64,000 nt of DNA from the IMG/VR virus record IMGVR_UViG_3300037246_001677, positions 1 through 64,000 of that record; one strand, given 5' to 3'. The position numbers and the translations under genes were made by a program. The notes under the pieces were generated by a model. It was given only the letters and a program-made list of their open reading frames with translations, did no database searches and was not told the DNA's origin. Every line of letters starts with the position of its first letter. Position 1 is the stretch's first letter. Source of the stretch: a virus. Positions 40,792 to 50,770 of the stretch are shown here, piece after piece.

Positions 40792-41193
40792 ATGAGCAAA
40801 GTCATTGGAATAATAGGCTCACGGAGACGTGATGCTGACGAGGATTACCACCAAGTTTACAATGAGTTTAAAAAGTGGTATGATAAGGGTGATAAAATTT
40901 GTTCCGGTGGATGTCCAAAAGGTGGAGATCGTTTTGCTGAGATAATTGCCAGAAAAATGGGTTTGACTAAGGAAAATGGTGGTTTGATAATTCATTATCC
41001 TAAGAAACCCCGTCCCGGTTCACCAAGGTGGGCATGGGCAAAAGTAAACTTTGAAAGAAATACTTTGGTAGCAAACGACTCAGATATTATAATAGCTTGT
41101 GTTGCTCCTGATAGGACAGGTGGAACGGAAGATACGATAAAAAAATTCCTAAAGAAAACCACAGGATCGGAAGTTAAAACAAGGATAGTGTAA
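40792..41193 (+). CDS. SLOG/DprA-like nucleotide-binding protein
   Basis: IGIIGSR, SGGCPKGGD, RN..VA..SD, GGTEDT. Confidence 0.75.
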   Translation: MSKVIGIIGSRRRDADEDYHQVYNEFKKWYDKGDKICSGGCPKGGDRFAEIIARKMGLTKENGGLIIHYPKKPRPGSPRWAWAKVNFERNTLVANDSDIIIACVAPDRTGGTEDTIKKFLKKTTGSEVKTRIV

Positions 41194-41390
41194 TGTTTGA
41201 AGATTTAATAAAAGACAAACCAGAAAAAGAGAAACCAGAAAAAATTGATAAAGATCATTTTATAAAAATTTTATCGGATAACGTAAGACAGAAACAAAAA
41301 ATTATAGATGATCTTATATCTGAGCTAACAAAAAAACAAGTTACTATTGATGGTATGAGAAAAGAAATAGATTATTTAACAGACCTATAA

Positions 41391-41502
41391 GCGGCGATGG
41401 TGTAACCCGATAAATAGTTTTTATGAGGAATCTATTTTGATGGGGAGGTAGCACACTCGCTGTCCAAGCGGGAGGTGGGGTTCGATCCCCCGAGTCGCTC
41501 CA
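41391..41502 (+). tRNA. tRNA-Gly(TCC)-like with a ~40-nt hairpin inserted in the D-loop
   Basis: GTGT/GCAC D-stem flanks the insert; CTCGC-TGTCCAA-GCGGG; T-arm; U73 CCA; imperfect acceptor stem. Confidence 0.65.
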
Positions 41503-41940
41503 AAAGAAAAGAAAGGAAAACAAAATGTTAGTCATAGTTAAAGAACGAGGTGATATTAGGGAAAAAATGGGTATATTACAAATCGACGATGAGCATAAAG
41601 AAATAACTATTATTCAACATCCGAATTTTGAAGAAGGTGACACCCATCATATTTCAATGTTAAATCATTTAGTTAAATCTATGAGAAAGGATAAATAATG
41701 ACTAAAGGAATAATCGCCATAAGAGAAGTAAAGTCAAATCAGACTATGCTATCACTTGAAGATTATAATGTTAGAGCAAATGCTGAAAAATTTGCAGCAG
41801 ACTATCTTCAAGACAAATGGGATCAAGAAGGCCAAGCCACTAGATGGATGTGGTATGCTGGTTACTTCGTTTTGGGATGTTTCTTTTGGGAAACACTACC
41901 GTTGATGATAGGATTAATAACATTTTTTATAAACTTATAA

Positions 41941-42029
41941 GGCGAGGTAGACAGATGGGAGAGTCAAGCGGTTTGCTAAACCGTTCAGCGGTAACACGTT
42001 TGCAGGTTCGAGTCCTGTTCTCGCCGCCA
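41941..42029 (+). tRNA. tRNA-Ser(GCT)
   Basis: GCGGT-TTGCTAA-ACCGT, variable arm, CCA. Confidence 0.9.
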
Positions 42030-42442
42030 CTTTATAAAGGAACATGATGGAAGATAATGAAAAAGTAATTAAAGCAGCAGTCAATATTATTGTTGAATCA
42101 ATATTAAATCTTATTCAAGATGATCCACATCTATGGAGTAAAAGACCATGTTCAACATGCAGAGCTGTTTCTTCTATAATTGGCAAACCATTTGGTTGTG
42201 TTCTTAAAGCCGTTAAAAAGGAATAAAATGAGAGAATTAATATTATTACCAATACTTCTTTTAATTGTTAGTTGTTGTACACCAGACAAACCAGTTGCAG
42301 CCATTAAACCATTTCATTACAATAGAAATATAATTTGGAAAGCCTATGACTGTGACTGTAATAAAGATATAGATTATTGGCAACACTATGATGAAAATGG
42401 TAAATTTGGAAGTAAAATATATACGAAAGGAAACGAAGGAAA

Positions 42443-42562
42443 ATGCGAATAATAAAATGTAGAGAAAAGGGCGGCCCGTAGATTAAAGCACCGCCATAGA
42501 GCATTGCTAGAGCGCCTCCATGTGGCTTTCAGACAACATATAACCGATTAATGTTGATTTAA
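42443..42562 (+). promoter_or_regulatory. Putative leader peptide MRIIKCREKGGP*IKAPP*SIARAPPCGFQTTYNRLMLI* with two in-frame TAG codons
   Basis: Manual translation; TAG at 42479-42481 and 42497-42499; locally GC-rich. Confidence 0.65.
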
Positions 42563-42585
42563 AACCACAAAATGGGAGGTCAAAA

Positions 42586-42900
42586 ATGACTTATAAAGAA
42601 TTAAAATTAAAGATAAAACAAGAGCAGAAAGCATTGGCAAGAGCAATCAGAAAAGGTAAAAGCGCAAGAAAACCAAGTAATCGTAACGAGGAAAACATTG
42701 GTTTTTATGAAGCACTTTTCTGGAATAGAATTAACTATAGATACAATCACATTGTGTATTGTAATATGTTTAACAGAACACCGTATGAAAAAATTGAGCA
42801 ACCCAGAGAATGGAATACAGCCAATAAACATCGGCTCGATACAATTAGAAAAGAATGGGAGTCCTTGCTTGATGAGCAAATTATTTGTGACAATTCGTAA
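42586..42900 (+). CDS. Basic helical hypothetical protein overlapping the Pth2-like gene
   Basis: GGGAGG RBS; overlaps the next ORF. Confidence 0.7.
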   Translation: MTYKELKLKIKQEQKALARAIRKGKSARKPSNRNEENIGFYEALFWNRINYRYNHIVYCNMFNRTPYEKIEQPREWNTANKHRLDTIRKEWESLLDEQIICDNS

Positions 42901-43165
42901 GGACCTAAGTCATTCACAACGGGCAGTTCAAGCAGGCCATGCTGTGGCAGAGTATATGCTTAACTGCCCGAATAGCAGTTGGAGGAATCAAACCCTTATC
43001 TATCTGGGAGTTAAAGGTTTGACCCAACTGGAAAATTTAAAAATGAAATTGAGACTACGTGGTACTAAGTTCGTGGAATTTAAGGAACCGGATATTGGCA
43101 ATCAAACCACAGCAATAGCTAGTGATATAGATGATCCAATATTCAATAAATTAAATCTGTTATAA
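42872..43165 (+). CDS. Peptidyl-tRNA hydrolase, PTH2-like
   Basis: KLFVTIRKDL...AVQAGHAVAE...TLIYL...F.EPDIGNQTTAIA; start reassigned to ATG 42872. Confidence 0.72.
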   Translation: MSKLFVTIRKDLSHSQRAVQAGHAVAEYMLNCPNSSWRNQTLIYLGVKGLTQLENLKMKLRLRGTKFVEFKEPDIGNQTTAIASDIDDPIFNKLNLL

Positions 43166-43239
43166 TGGTCAGTAGTTCAGTGGCAGAACGGGTGATTCTA
43201 AACCACCGGTCGTGGGTTCAATTCCCACCTGGCCATCCA
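43166..43239 (+). tRNA. Amber suppressor tRNA (anticodon CTA)
   Basis: TGGTCAG/CTGGCCA acceptor, GTTC/GAAC D-arm, GGTGA-TTCTAAA-CCACC, T-arm, CCA. Confidence 0.88.
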
Positions 43240-43596
43240 AAAAGGAGAAAGTAAAAATGAGAATGAGTCAAAGAATGATGGATTCATTGGATAGATGGAT
43301 AACCGGAAATTATGGTGAGGATCAATTTAAGGATGAAGAGGAAGAAGATGAATTTTGTGATGAAGACTGCAGTAAATGTAAAATGAAAGTTAACTACACT
43401 ATGTTCGATCAAGAGGATGATGGGGACATAGGGCCAAAACCGTTCTAAAAAGGAGGTAAAATATGTTACAAAGTGATTTTGGAACCCTAGCTAATTTATT
43501 AATTATGGTGGGAGCATTAGCATTTTTAATATACATGACTATTGGTTATGGTGGTGCTTTGAATGTCCCATTTCTATAAGGAGATAAAAGACTAAA

Positions 43597-44061
43597 ATGT
43601 TTGAACCAAAAATATATGTGGCTAGTGATCGAGAAGGTTGTGTAATGAAACAAGAAATTGTACAACATCTCACTACAACAAACAAACAATATTCAATAGA
43701 AGATATTGGACCGAAACTTGGGGAAGATATTGATTTCCCAACCCACGCTTTAATGATTGCTGATTTAGTTAAGGAAAATCCAGGTGAGCATTTTGGAGTA
43801 CTCATAAGTACAACTGGAAATGAAATGGCCGTTGCCGCAAATAAGATAAAAGACATTAGAGCGGTTGTTTGCTGGAACATACAGACTGCTGAACAAGGTA
43901 GAAAAATACTCGATGCTAACATAATATGTATACCAGCCGATATAACAACTCAAGACAGCCCACTTAAAATTATAGATGCGTTTATAAAAAGAGGCGCGTC
44001 TAAAAACATGAAACATTTTAGGAGAAGATGGTTATTAGAAAAATTAGTTGATGCCTTGTAG
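43597..44061 (+). CDS. RpiB/LacAB-family sugar-phosphate isomerase-like protein (catalytic motifs degenerate)
   Basis: ASDREG, DFP, GVLISTTGNEMAVAANKI, DANIIC. Confidence 0.75.
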   Translation: MFEPKIYVASDREGCVMKQEIVQHLTTTNKQYSIEDIGPKLGEDIDFPTHALMIADLVKENPGEHFGVLISTTGNEMAVAANKIKDIRAVVCWNIQTAEQGRKILDANIICIPADITTQDSPLKIIDAFIKRGASKNMKHFRRRWLLEKLVDAL

Positions 44062-44126
44062 TGTAACGGTAGCACACAACACTCTGAATGTTGCGGGTAT
44101 AGGTTCGAATCCTATCAGGGCAGCCA
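44052..44126 (+). tRNA. tRNA-Gln(CTG)
   Basis: CAACA-CTCTGAA-TGTTG, U1-A72, CCA. Confidence 0.92.
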
Positions 44127-44131
44127 CTTTT

Positions 44132-44157
44132 AAAGGGAGCATTGGCTTCCTTTTTTT
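44132..44157 (+). terminator. Intrinsic terminator
   Basis: GGGAGC/GCTTCC hairpin + T-run. Confidence 0.7.
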
Positions 44158-44712
44158 ATGTTTACAACTAATTGAATTTGTTGTATAATATTAGAAAATA
44201 TGTAAGGAGTTTTGGAAATGAATAAAATTCTGTTGAAGTTGTTTAAAAAATACTTTATCTTTAAAATTCAGAGCGAGTGGAAAGAAGAGTTAAAAGAAAT
44301 AGATGAAGTTAAATTAAAAAAGTGGATGGACGACGAACTGCTTTTGAAAATAGATATTTCCTCAAAAGAAATACTAGAAAAATTGAGAGAAGAAATAAAA
44401 GATAAATGGGAATATATTCTATGGTATGATATAAACAATTTTATAGAGGACTGTAAAGAAGAGAAAGAAAAAGAGAAAGAAAAAGAGGATGAATGGAACA
44501 CAGAAACAAATATAGACGATGGAAAAACTATGTTGATTTGTCCAGACGCAGATGAAAATTGTTCTGAATGTGATCACCAAAAACCACATCTTTATAATAG
44601 TGAATGTGATACAGAATGTGATATTTCAGATATTCGTAAAAAATGTGAAGTATGGGAATTAGAAGAAGAAAGCTTAGAACAAGAAGTAAAAGAAACAGGG
44701 GGAGTATGACTT

Positions 44713-45612
44713 GTGATAGATAGAAGATTATGGACTTTCGTCTATGAACCAAAAACAATAGATGAAATGATACTAAACAAAGATATAAAACCAGTACTAA
44801 AAGAAGCACTTAATAAATTACCATCACTATTATTATATGGAACACCTGGTGTTGGTAAGGGTACTTTTGCAAATATAATATTAAAACACACAGGATTTGA
44901 CAAGATGTGGATAAACGCATCAGATGAAACAGGAATTGATGCCATTAGGGAAAGAATAAGACCTTTCGCCACTTCTATGTCAATGACTGACATGAAAATA
45001 ATAGTACTAAATGAGGCAGACTCTCTAACCTCAGGGCAACAGGGTGCGCAGAAAATGCTCCGGCAATTGATGGAAGACGTTCACAAAATTACAAGGTTTA
45101 TACTTCTTTGTAATTACGAACATAATATAATAGACGAGATTAAGTCGAGATGTCAAACCATAAAAATTGACAACCCACCGGCCAAAGAGATAGGGAAGCT
45201 CTGCCTTAACATTTTAAGAAACGAGAAAGTAAAATTCAACGTAAAGGATGTTGTTGCAATAGTTGAAAAATGCTATCCTGACATTAGAAAAACAATTAAT
45301 GTTCTACAATTAAACACTGTAAATAAAAAGCTAGTAGGCTCAAGGCTAAGTGTTTCAGAGGATGTATGGAAAAAAATTCATTCGTTAATGTTAAAACAAG
45401 ATGTTGAAAATGCCAGGAAAGAATTGAAGAGTAATTATATTGATTATCCAGATTTGTATAAGTACTTATATGAAAATGCTGGTGATTTTAAAGAACCAGG
45501 TGGTGCAATAATTTTAATAGGAGAGCACCTAAATAGAAATACATTCTATCCTATAAAAGAAATAAACTTCATGCACATGTTTGTGCAAATGATATTCCAA
45601 AAGGTGATATGA
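44713..45612 (+). CDS. Clamp-loader AAA+ subunit (T4 gp44/RFC-like)
   Basis: W...Y.P..IDE, GTPGVGKGT, NASDE.GID, SRC motif, PD.R. Confidence 0.92.
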   Translation: MIDRRLWTFVYEPKTIDEMILNKDIKPVLKEALNKLPSLLLYGTPGVGKGTFANIILKHTGFDKMWINASDETGIDAIRERIRPFATSMSMTDMKIIVLNEADSLTSGQQGAQKMLRQLMEDVHKITRFILLCNYEHNIIDEIKSRCQTIKIDNPPAKEIGKLCLNILRNEKVKFNVKDVVAIVEKCYPDIRKTINVLQLNTVNKKLVGSRLSVSEDVWKKIHSLMLKQDVENARKELKSNYIDYPDLYKYLYENAGDFKEPGGAIILIGEHLNRNTFYPIKEINFMHMFVQMIFQKVI

Positions 45613-46211
45613 TATGTTTGAAGATATTTTAGAAAAATCAAGTTTAAATCATAACGAGAAAGTTGTACTATCAGTTATTAGAACTTTGAATGAGTTGGTA
45701 GAAAAGGGTATACTATCAGAAGGACCATTTACTTTTCCTGATCCAAAGAAAGTAGATGAGATATTAGGGGATTTTCAACCAACAGAAGATGAAATAAGAG
45801 ATACAATTATCTGGATGAAATCGAAAGGATATATGCAATGATAACTTTAAGATTTGATGGTGAGGTAATTAAATACTGTGAAATATCAGAAACAGAAGTA
45901 TTGGAAGATGAGTGGGCAGTTAATTACTTAACCGATGAAAAGGTTGCAGGTAGAATTGATAACCCATTAACCTATGCTTTTATAAAGGAGTTATTGACAA
46001 AAGATGAAGAAAATAAAGATAACTAAACACGTTGAAATTATTTATACACCAGATGAATTACTATACGATGGTATGTCATTTGAAGAAATAGCCAAGGAAG
46101 ATGTTAGAATGGTTGGTCGATATGGTCAGTCATATCTTATATCTGCTGAAGGCGGTGTTGATGAACAAGAAACAATAACATGGGAAATAATAGACGAGGA
46201 AGTAATCACAG

Positions 46212-46586
46212 ATGGCGAGTGCAGCTAAAAAGGCATTAAATTTATTTGATTTTTTAAATCAAATATATCTTAAAAATCAAAAATATCCATATGATAAGAA
46301 AGTGGCTCCGGCTTATATGTTATCGTTGTGGTTAAGTCATGACAAACATCTTATTAATATAGTGGATAAAATAGTTCGTTTACAATTTACCCTGCCAGAT
46401 GATATAATTTATAATTACTACATGAGTAAAATACCAAAAGGTAGACGATATATAAAGTGGATAAAAAAGACACCGGAAGATAAGAAAAATAAAAAGAAGT
46501 TAGAGTTAATTATGGAAGGTACTAACCTATCAAAAAGAGAAGCGAAAATGATTCTAACACTTGAGGAGAAAATAAGTGAGAATTAA
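46212..46586 (+). CDS. Clamp-loader small subunit (T4 gp62-like)
   Basis: LFDFLN.I, YM...WLS, IPKGRRYIKW; lies between loader and clamp. Confidence 0.75.
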   Translation: MASAAKKALNLFDFLNQIYLKNQKYPYDKKVAPAYMLSLWLSHDKHLINIVDKIVRLQFTLPDDIIYNYYMSKIPKGRRYIKWIKKTPEDKKNKKKLELIMEGTNLSKREAKMILTLEEKISEN

Positions 46587-47310
46587 TGTAGACAATTTCA
46601 AAGAGTTAATTAAAAAAGCTACAGTTAATTTTAGTATAGAAACTGTGCAACTCCGGTTTGGTGGAGGTAAAATCCAAACAAATATGTTATCAAGTGATGG
46701 TAATACTATATCATTGCTTGATGTTCCAAATGATGTTCTTGATGTTATTGATGAAGTTGATTTTAACTTTTCAGACCCATCACAAGGAGTCATACCATAT
46801 CTGAATTTATTTGATAATGAAAACGTAACTGTTCGATTATATGAAAATAGATTAACTTTAGTAGATGGACAACAAAGAAGTAATATTGGATTTTGTTCAC
46901 CGCTTGTAGTTAACTTGTTAGGCGTGGACGCGATCAAAGAAGATGTTGATTGGTTTTTTACTATGGATGTTGATGATGAGTTTGGTGATATTTTCAAAAA
47001 AATTAGAAAGATAGGAGCAAGATTTGGTAAAGTTTATTTTGAAGTTAAAGACAAAGTTATGTCGATAGAAACTTCTGATAAGACAAATCAATACTCAAAT
47101 GGACTTAGGTTCAAATTAAATGAATGTGAAAAACGTGATTTGATTCTATCATTTGACTATAAAAGTATGGTAAACCTAATGAATGTAATTGGTGAAAGGG
47201 AAAACTTCAAATTCAAATTAACATACAAAGAAGATCAAGAACTTGGAATGTTGTATGCCCAATTAGCTGACGGCTCAGAGAAGTATTGTTTACTGTCAAA
47301 AGAGTTATAA
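46576..47310 (+). CDS. Sliding-clamp-like protein (gp45/PCNA-like)
   Basis: 244-aa beta-rich acidic protein following the clamp-loader genes. Confidence 0.65.
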   Translation: MRINVDNFKELIKKATVNFSIETVQLRFGGGKIQTNMLSSDGNTISLLDVPNDVLDVIDEVDFNFSDPSQGVIPYLNLFDNENVTVRLYENRLTLVDGQQRSNIGFCSPLVVNLLGVDAIKEDVDWFFTMDVDDEFGDIFKKIRKIGARFGKVYFEVKDKVMSIETSDKTNQYSNGLRFKLNECEKRDLILSFDYKSMVNLMNVIGERENFKFKLTYKEDQELGMLYAQLADGSEKYCLLSKEL

Positions 47311-47316
47311 AAAAGG

Positions 47317-47345
47317 TTTACTTTTGGAGTAAAATGAGTTATAAT
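47317..47345 (+). promoter_or_regulatory. Early-type promoter of the Ubl operon
   Basis: TTTACT-N17-TATAAT. Confidence 0.7.
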
Positions 47346-47377
47346 TGGTAAAAATAGTAAAAAGGAGGATGTTAAAA

Positions 47378-47656
47378 ATGGATGAACAATACTGGGATCA
47401 AGAAGTCGGAGTAGAAGAAGAAGAAGTTATGGATAAGGCCGACGCGCCTGGTTCTTTCGTTAGAGTAAACGGAGCTAATGTTCCCGTAGCAGCAGGAACT
47501 AATTCTTTAGAAGCAATTAAATCTGTGGCTAAAGATGCAGGACTTGGTAAGTTTCGTGTTTACTTCAATGGTAATGAGATTAAACCCTCAGAAGCACCAG
47601 CGGAAATTCCGGAAGGCGCCATGATCGAACTTCGCCCCTATGATGTGGCTGGTTAA
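47378..47656 (+). CDS. Ubiquitin-like (beta-grasp) protein ending ...YDVAG
   Basis: AAGGAGG RBS; VRVNG...helix...FRVYFNG.EI...EG..IEL.P pattern; C-terminal Gly; upstream of E1 and JAB genes. Confidence 0.7.
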   Translation: MDEQYWDQEVGVEEEEVMDKADAPGSFVRVNGANVPVAAGTNSLEAIKSVAKDAGLGKFRVYFNGNEIKPSEAPAEIPEGAMIELRPYDVAG

Positions 47657-47680
47657 TTCCAACCATTTCAACGAGTAAAT

Positions 47681-47709
47681 AGGGGGCTGAACAGGCCCCC
47701 TTAATTTTT
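47681..47709 (+). terminator. Hairpin / partial terminator after the Ubl gene
   Basis: AGGGGGC/GCCCCCT stem followed by T-rich tract. Confidence 0.6.
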
Positions 47710-47732
47710 GTTATGATTAGGAGAGTAGATTA

Positions 47733-48593
47733 ATGGATATTAATGAAAAAGCAGAAGAAGTTAAAACTGTTATGTTTGATTGTCTTGATAGTGTAGACAT
47801 TGACAAAATTGTTTCTGATGGATTAACTATACGGGTAGGCCATAAAGTACTAAAGCTATCTGTTGTTAGTCAATCCATGATACCAGAAGTTGATGAAATT
47901 AAATCAGAATTTCGTGAAAAGCTAAACACACAGCAAAGAGCAATCAAACAAAAGATAAACGAAAAGATAAACGAAATTACAGAATATCATCACTCAATGA
48001 AAATTGAATATAAGAGAAAAGAACAAGAGCTAAAAGATATTCTAGCTAGGTCAGCTCCTATGCCAGATATACTTTATAGACATGCTCAGAACGGTCTTTC
48101 TGTTGCAAAAGGTGAAAACAAAAATGAATTAGTATGGTTAGTTCAAGGTGTTTACTGGCCTAAAACATATGACCATGTTCAAATAGATCCAAAGTTTTCA
48201 AAGAAAATGATTTCGAATGTTGTCTATCTAATAAACACAAAAGATAATAGAGTAACTGGTGTATCAACAAGAAAACCAATCGGTCTTGACTACTTCTCAC
48301 ATTATCACCAAAGCAGACCTGATTGTTGGGGCAAGTGGAAAAATAAACCGTCTTGGTCCACACCAGATGATATTATAAAAATTGCAAGAGAAGCAGAAGC
48401 AGTACTTGAAAATATTAACTCTGGTTCAATAGCTGAACAAAATCCAAGAGGTCTACCAAGACACAATACTTTAAAAAGACATTTGGTTGACAAAAAAGAT
48501 AGTGCCAGAATGGGCGCGCTCAATCAAACAACAAAAAGAACTGGTATAACAGAAGAGGTAAGAAGTGAAGATAGGGATGTTTGGTCACTATAA
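47733..48593 (+). CDS. Putative E2-like conjugating enzyme with N-terminal coiled coil
   Basis: HYHQSRPDCWG recalls the H...C-x-G active-site region of prokaryotic E2s; operon position. Confidence 0.5.
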   Translation: MDINEKAEEVKTVMFDCLDSVDIDKIVSDGLTIRVGHKVLKLSVVSQSMIPEVDEIKSEFREKLNTQQRAIKQKINEKINEITEYHHSMKIEYKRKEQELKDILARSAPMPDILYRHAQNGLSVAKGENKNELVWLVQGVYWPKTYDHVQIDPKFSKKMISNVVYLINTKDNRVTGVSTRKPIGLDYFSHYHQSRPDCWGKWKNKPSWSTPDDIIKIAREAEAVLENINSGSIAEQNPRGLPRHNTLKRHLVDKKDSARMGALNQTTKRTGITEEVRSEDRDVWSL

Positions 48594-48611
48594 AAGAAAG
48601 GAAAAGATGAA

Positions 48612-49199
48612 ATGAGTTTGTATCAAAGACAGAGTACTTTGAATCTTAATCAAAAACAATCAATAACTGTTGTTGGTTGTGGTGGTATAGGATATTGGGT
48701 AGCCAAGTTTGCTGCTATGTCTGGTATTAATCCAATTTACTTATTCGATCCAGATACCTTTGAGGAACATAACTTCAACAGGATTGATTTACAAACAAAA
48801 TTTATTGGGAGAAACAAAGCAGACATTACAAGATTAATGATTCTTACGATAAGAGAAAATTGCTCTACTTATGCTTTTCCATATGAGTACTCAGAATTAT
48901 CCGCTGAAAGAACAGACTGGGTAGTTGACTGCACTGATAAGTATGAAGCACAGGTTAAAAATCAAAAAATAGCTAAAAACATTGGATCAAGATATTTAAA
49001 AGCCGGTTATGATGGTGAGGATTTTTCCATACATGACTCTGTTGCTGAATGGGGAGAAGCGGAAGATGGGTACCAAGTTGTTCCTTCATGGGTAGTACCA
49101 GCAACAATTGTAGCAGCACTTACAATAGGGAAGGTGATGAAATATGTTGATAAAGAAGTTATATCAAATATACAAAGTCTTTATGGATTTAGGAGATAA
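48612..49199 (+). CDS. ThiF/MoeB-family E1-like adenylyltransferase
   Basis: RQ, VVGCGGIG, D.D.FE..N.NR, G.NK, VVDCTD. Confidence 0.9.
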   Translation: MSLYQRQSTLNLNQKQSITVVGCGGIGYWVAKFAAMSGINPIYLFDPDTFEEHNFNRIDLQTKFIGRNKADITRLMILTIRENCSTYAFPYEYSELSAERTDWVVDCTDKYEAQVKNQKIAKNIGSRYLKAGYDGEDFSIHDSVAEWGEAEDGYQVVPSWVVPATIVAALTIGKVMKYVDKEVISNIQSLYGFRR

Positions 49200-49209
49200 A
49201 ATAATACCA

Positions 49210-50229
49210 ATGAATGAAGTATTCCAAAATTGTAGATTTTGTAATAAATTAACTGCGAAAAAAGTTATAAATTCCATACCAGGAATGGACACTTTTTATT
49301 GTACTCATTGTAAACACACATACACAATAACTGGAGATAATATGGGAAAGAGGAACAAAAAGAAGAATAAAACAACTAAAAGTGTATCTGCCGCAAATCA
49401 AAATGTAATAAACAAAACAGTTGTTAATGATCCCAATGATTCATGGGAAGTAGAAATTGATTGTGTAGAGTCTTGTAGCAAAGCACCTGATACAATCAAT
49501 ATATGGTTTTTGCCACTGGCCAAGAGAAAAGTGGATGCTTTAATGAAAGAGTATACTAATATAGAGTGGTTAGCATATTTACTTGGTGAAAAAGGAGGAA
49601 GAGAAATTGTAGATATTTTTATTCCAGATCAATCAATATCCGCAGCTAAAGTTGATGATATTGAATGTGATGAATATAATGACTTATCTGTAATTGGAGT
49701 CATTCACTCTCACCACACAATGGGAAACACTTTTTCTCAAACAGACCATGATTGGATAAATCAAAATCATAATATTTCTTTATGTATATCAACCACTGGT
49801 ATAGCGGGACAGTATAGATACAAAACGGCATGTGGGGCATTTAAAATAATTGATGTAAGTGCAAAACTAAGAGTTAATCTTGACTTTAACGATGAAGAGT
49901 TTATAGAATCAGTTAAAGATAAATTAATAAAGAAAACTTATACTTCATATGGTTATGGTGCTGGTTATGTTGGTGCTGGTCACGGTTCTTGGAACCAACA
50001 AAATCCATGGGGCGGTGGTGCTGGTGCTCAAAACTGGCCAGTGGTAACAGAATTAGAAACAGACGAAGGCGATGATAACAAAAATTTAGATAATTTTTTA
50101 ACATCAGAAGAAAAAGCAGAACTAGAGGTAGAAGTGGCAGAACTAAACTTTGAAAAGGAATTGACATTGGCAGAAGAGCTTGAATTGATGGATGGAATGA
50201 ACAGCCCGGAAGACAAGGAAGACAATTAA
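49210..50229 (+). CDS. JAB/MPN+ metalloprotease (possible N-terminal Zn ribbon; alternative start 49342)
   Basis: EW...L.G, P.Q, HSHH.MG..FS.TD JAMM motif; acidic tail. Confidence 0.85.
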   Translation: MNEVFQNCRFCNKLTAKKVINSIPGMDTFYCTHCKHTYTITGDNMGKRNKKKNKTTKSVSAANQNVINKTVVNDPNDSWEVEIDCVESCSKAPDTINIWFLPLAKRKVDALMKEYTNIEWLAYLLGEKGGREIVDIFIPDQSISAAKVDDIECDEYNDLSVIGVIHSHHTMGNTFSQTDHDWINQNHNISLCISTTGIAGQYRYKTACGAFKIIDVSAKLRVNLDFNDEEFIESVKDKLIKKTYTSYGYGAGYVGAGHGSWNQQNPWGGGAGAQNWPVVTELETDEGDDNKNLDNFLTSEEKAELEVEVAELNFEKELTLAEELELMDGMNSPEDKEDN

Positions 50230-50281
50230 AAAGGAAAGGTTTACTTTTTACTCTGGATATGATATAAATATTATATACAAA

Positions 50282-50490
50282 ATGGTAATAGCGTAGTTAA
50301 GAGATACTTCGATACTGATAATATCAGCATTTTGAACCTAAAGCCTTCGGGTGAGTAAGGATCAAAAGCTATAAGGTAAGTAATAATTATTACTTACCGA
50401 CTTTTATCTTCGGGGCGCAAGCCTCTCCACAACTATATAGAGATGTGGATGATAAAAGTTAGTCCACTCTTAGTGATTGTACTTTACCAT
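50282..50490 (+). ncRNA. Y-RNA-like ncRNA copy 4, upstream of Ro60
   Basis: ATGGTAA/TTACCAT ends; GTAGTTAAGAGATACTTCG...CTCTTAGTGATTGTAC scaffold; GATA-CTGATAA-TATC; promoter at 50240-50268. Confidence 0.72.
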
Positions 50491-50503
50491 CACAACTTGC
50501 AAC

Positions 50504-50721
50504 AATTGTGGTATCGTAGGCAAGGGATACTTCGAATAGATGACGATTGATGCTTCGGCATCATTATTTGCAACAAAAAAGTACTCACTGAGTACTCGGT
50601 GGTACGACATCGTAATGGTCGATGTAAAAACACCAACCAAAACCCAGTTGCTTTTATAAAAAAGGATTCAAATCAAGTATTACTAAACTAGGGTTACCCT
50701 TGGTGGCTATAATCCACAATT
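50504..50721 (+). ncRNA. Y-RNA-like ncRNA copy 5, upstream of Ro60
   Basis: AATTGTGG/CCACAATT ends; GTAGGCAAGGGATACTTCG...CCCTTGGTGGCTATA with compensatory change; internal hairpins. Confidence 0.7.
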
Positions 50722-50770
50722 TTTATAGAATGTAGTCCTTAACGTTTAATATTAGGAGGTATTTGTTAAT

